DNA from: Bigelowiella natans CCMP2755
Taxonomy: Eukaryota > Protista > Cercozoa
Length of the DNA: 64,000 nt
Assembly: GCA_000320545.1 (NCBI GenBank)
Contig: ADNK01000267.1
Location: forward strand, 554 to 64,553
Reading direction: 5' to 3'
Position numbers and translations under genes: made by a program. The notes beneath the pieces were generated by a model that made no database searches, was not told where the DNA came from, and saw nothing but the letters and a program-made list of their open reading frames with translations. Below are positions 56,445 to 64,000 of this stretch, piece after piece (position 1 is the stretch's first letter; every line of letters begins with the position of its first letter).

Positions 56445-57500
56445 GCATGCGCTGTACGTGTACGTAGCGTGTGTGAATGGATGATGTGTAATAAGCTAGT
56501 AAGCATGGCACCCAAGGCATTCGTATGTGCATGACTCGACCACAAACATGTGCATGCATGTGTGTACATGTACATGTATGTTAAAACAATACACATGTGT
56601 GCACACATGACACAACTGCATCAAATGATGTGTGACGAATGGCATGAATTTTCAATTGAGGGTCATTGAGCACACACCTGCGCGCTTACGCGCGCCCAGC
56701 TAGCCAGGTGCATGCTTTTTGCGTGCGTGTGCTGAAACTTCGCACGTCCATGAAGCTAGTGTGCACACACCCTCATGAGCTTGCAAAACTTGTGGCACGC
56801 AAATGCAAATGCGCTAGCGTGTTCAAAAGTTCAAAAGTGGTGAGAATTTTTCAATTTTCGCCCGCTGGCAGGCGTTGAAAAATGAGGTTTTCAAGCTGAA
56901 ATTCGAAAAAAAAATCAAATTTGAACCTCAAACAGGCTCCAGTGTGCTTCCAATGTCCAATTGCAACGATTGAGCGCGCCAGGCCGCATGCGCAAAGCAC
57001 AGTTTGTTCAAAATCCACTCGTCACCGGGATTGACACAGTTGTTTCCACAACTGACGGCCATGTCATGGATCATAACGACAAGACTGTGCGCCTCTCAAA
57101 CACAGAATATGAGAAAAAAGAACTCGCGCGGCGGCTGCGCGCAATGATGCACGACATCGATCATTGCATCATGCCAGACCAAATCGCCATGCATTTTCAT
57201 GCACACTAGCACATGCAACACGTGACCAAAGAAACAAACAGACACAACTCAAGCGCTGTAGCCGCTGCATTGCACTACTAGTGCACAGCTACATTGGGAT
57301 GACCATTGAAAAATTTTTAACATTTCATTACATCCGTCTCATGCACATTGAAAATGCATGTCCTCCGCCAGCGTCGTCCATCATTCTAACATTGCACGTA
57401 GAGAGCTAGCGCTAGCTAACTAGCTAAAAGCTAATAATATAATGCTATCATCGTCATCATCAACATGCAGAAGTGCTGCGTCAAGTAGCATGAGCACTTC
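56445..57500. repeat. Intergenic degenerate repeat block (copy 5), possible relic non-autonomous transposon
   Basis: Shares motifs with the blocks near 2.2, 31 and 38 kb. 56630-56667 is a degenerate inverted match to 57296-57342. Confidence 0.65.
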
Positions 57501-57622
57501 ATGGCTGCTAGCATAGATTTATGTTTACACAAAAAGCAATGCATCTGTCATTCCAATCTCTCCAATCATGCATAGCAGTCATCTTGTTTAGTAGTATCTT
57601 AATCTGCTTGTTGAAATCTTCG

Positions 57623-58408
57623 TCATTTTTTAGACGATTTTTTGTCCGTTTTATCCTTCTTACCCATTAGAGCATCAATAAGTTCTCTGAGAGGTTCTTG
57701 TTCATGGCTGGTGATGAGCTGCAACACAAATATTAGACACAAAAAAGAGCAAAGTATAAATCCGCACACCTTGAATTCGGCCACGAAGTAGATGAAATGC
57801 TTGAAGCACGTATTCCTGCGAAGTAACGAAACATTAAGAAAATACGTACTTCTGACTTGACAAAATATTTCTTACAGGTGTGCCTCAGCTCCCAAGCCAA
57901 TGATCTTCTTAAAATGTGAATGATAGATGTGGGCATACACACGAAATAGCCTCTTGAAGATTGTCTTCACGATGTTAAAAAAATTTTTTGGAAAAGGGGT
58001 TCCAAGTTGGAGGGGGAATATGCTTTCATCATTGAGCTGGCCCTCGACCCAAGTCATCAAATGATCCACGTATTCAGGAGCGTTGCACTTTATCGGTTTC
58101 TTAACTTTTACTCCATCTGCCCAGAGGTATTCATATTTCGAACCAGCATTCATCACAGGGCAATTGTCAGGAGTGCAATAGTCTGTTATAGTTCCATAAA
58201 GAAGACTGATCTCGTTGAAGAAATCGACGGTATTAACTGCCAACCATTCGTTAAGATCCTCGCCCTTCGGAAGAACTACTGCGCTTCTCATGTTTCCGCT
58301 TCCCAAAGTTGCTTTGGCATAGTCAGAAAGTTTCTTACGCTTTTCCTTTTTGTGTGTCTTCAAAGGTTTGAAAGTCTTGTTCCGTGATGATCTCAGAAAA
58401 GAGAACAT
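57623..58408 (-). CDS. MOB1: MOB kinase activator 1 (3 coding exons)
   Basis: KTFKP..ATLGSGNMRSAVVLPKGEDLNEWLAVNTVDFFN..CPVMNAG.KYEYLWADG..IFKRLFRVYAHIYHSHF..EAHL|NTCFKHFIYFVAEFK|LITSHEQEPLRELI; stop TGA at 57623-57625. Confidence 0.97.
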
Positions 58409-59610
58409 CTGACCATGAAAGATTCAAAACGTGATGATTTTTTTCAGAATCAACTTCGGAGAATTGGCACAGGAAAATATTGATTCTACATAGTCAGTAA
58501 GCTTTGAGAAAATTTATTGATTGAAATTCAGGTACAATGGAATTTAATGCGAAGTGAACATCTGCGGAATAGTTTCAGTTGTACTAAAAAGAACTAACGT
58601 TCCGCATTTCAATTGTTAGCACGAATACTGCAACCTCTTCTAGTTACGAACAACAACGTAGGAAGGATTTAGGATTTCTTTTTTTTTTGCAACTCATCAT
58701 CTTTGACATCATGGTGAATCATCTTCATCATTCTATGTTCCTTCGTACATTCAGGCAAGGAGCAGCAACACACCTCTCGTCTATCAGAATCTGTTTATCA
58801 CGTCAGACCAAAATCAGCACTTTCAATATGACCATCAAGGAGATAATGTAGGCCAATTATTGTTGTCGAGATCTACAATTCTTGTCGTATGCGAGAATAA
58901 TTATCTCGTCGTATCCGTTCTCGTGAAAAGGCCAAAACAGGAAAAACATTTCGTCATGCTCGAAGATTTAACGAAATGTCCTGCAAATGGAATATTTTCA
59001 TCCTTTTTTATGTCAAATAAATTTGGAGTAATAATAATGATACGGAATATTTCGAAGAATAAAAATCTTGACTGCATGTAGATGTTTCCAGGTGTAGATC
59101 TACATTCATGCTGTTTTTTCCTAGTTTTTCTTTGTCTGAAAACAAAGAAGCAGATGATTGTCCAGTTCTCAATGATGATCTAGTTAGTGATAGTCACTGT
59201 GAGACGTTGTCGTTGCACAAATATTCTGGGCGTTTCTTTCCTAGAACAGCACATAATTTAACACACAATCAGATCTATCTACCGGTTCCTACAGGGCCGA
59301 GAAGAAAGAAGCCTTTTGTTTGTCATAATCCGCGATGGTAATACATGGTGGTCCCCCCCCCCCCCTCCCAGACCACAACGTACCCGTTTGTAGAACATAA
59401 TTTAAACTAACTTCATTTTTGCATGTATTTCGAATTAAAAATGTAGATCTTCAATTTTGGCCTAACACGTTGAATTTCTAGATAGATTAATTTGCATTAT
59501 TTCTTCACAGAGCACCGTCCTGTCGTCTTGATGATCGATGATGTTCCATTTTTCTCCTGGAACAGAAGAACCTTACACTAAATCTACAACGCTAATCGAC
59601 GTTGCTTGCG

Positions 59611-63387
<3,777 letters not shown>

Positions 63388-63569
63388 TCACCGAGATTCG
63401 TCCAGTGACAATTTGTGTTGCAACATGTCAGAAATGGGTCAAAGAAAGAGAAAAGAGCAGCAAAGGATTTGGAAAAGAAGGTCTTTCCGCTCCTCGTGGA
63501 AAACTTCTGAGACGATTGGAAAAAAAAGAAAAGAGACGAGCTGCTAGAGAAGGAAGATAGTTTCAAAAT

Positions 63570-63900
63570 GCAGCACAATCATGCGATGTCATTGCCACAT
63601 GTCAATGTGTGACCAGTGACGAGTCACTTCATTGTGGACGCCAGGCAGATCATACATGCAACGTGAATGGTCAAACACCAAACAAGCAGTGTCATGTGGA
63701 TGCGCCAGTTTTGGCACTCAATGCGCAAATTGCATGAGCTGCGTCACACCCAAGTAAACAGTCGCATGCATTGCAATCACCTGAGCTTCAGCTGCACACC
63801 AAACACTCTCACAACACAACAGATTCTTCTGGCATCCTTCCCCTTTGTCATCAAAGCTTGTTGCAGCCAAGCGGGAGTTGCGTGGTCGCATCGGTAAGTG
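63570..63900. repeat. CATG/TGCA-rich block downstream of the YqaJ-like gene (probable copy 6)
   Basis: Same composition as the other 3' intergenic blocks; assigned by composition only. Confidence 0.35.
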
Positions 63901-63953
63901 AATCGAATTTCTTAAATCAACGTGCGTCAACCTTAACAAAGAAACAAGGCTTT

Positions 63954-64000
63954 GGGTTAGTATTCTAAACTGGGGTTCGGGATTCGTAGGGTTAGGGTTA
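63954..64000 (+). repeat. TTAGGG-like (telomere-type) repeats at window edge
   Basis: gggttag...ggggttcgggattcgtagggttagggtta: degenerate units grading into TAGGGTTAGGGTTA, truncated by the window end. Confidence 0.35.

Overview
Intron-rich eukaryotic (protist-like) nuclear DNA with canonical GT-AG introns, many of them saturated with microsatellites. Most short ORFs in the supplied track are simple-repeat artefacts. Splicing by eye gives about 11 genes in strictly alternating orientation: partial unknown (+), NDUFV1/NuoF (-), ADAM-type metalloprotease-disintegrin (+), divergent ASKHA/GDA1-CD39-like hydrolase (-), multi-pass membrane (GPCR-like) TKL kinase (+), RPL9 (-), a CHAT protease-STAND NTPase-STAT-type SH2 fusion (+), an RCC1-repeat/IQGAP-like RasGAP fusion (-), a small Cys-rich hypothetical (+), MOB1 (-) and an intron-containing YqaJ-like nuclease with an N-terminal targeting leader (+). 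The best candidate for a new system is the NLR-like caspase-family protein, whose C-terminal sensor position holds an SH2 domain. A second highlight is genome architecture: every convergent intergenic spacer holds a CATG/TGCA/GCTAGC-rich block, and several blocks share recognisable sequence, suggesting one degenerate repeat family. Bipartite-looking leaders hint at an alga with a secondary plastid (e.g. chlorarachniophyte-like), but the taxon cannot be established from sequence alone. All exon boundaries were called manually and are approximate.
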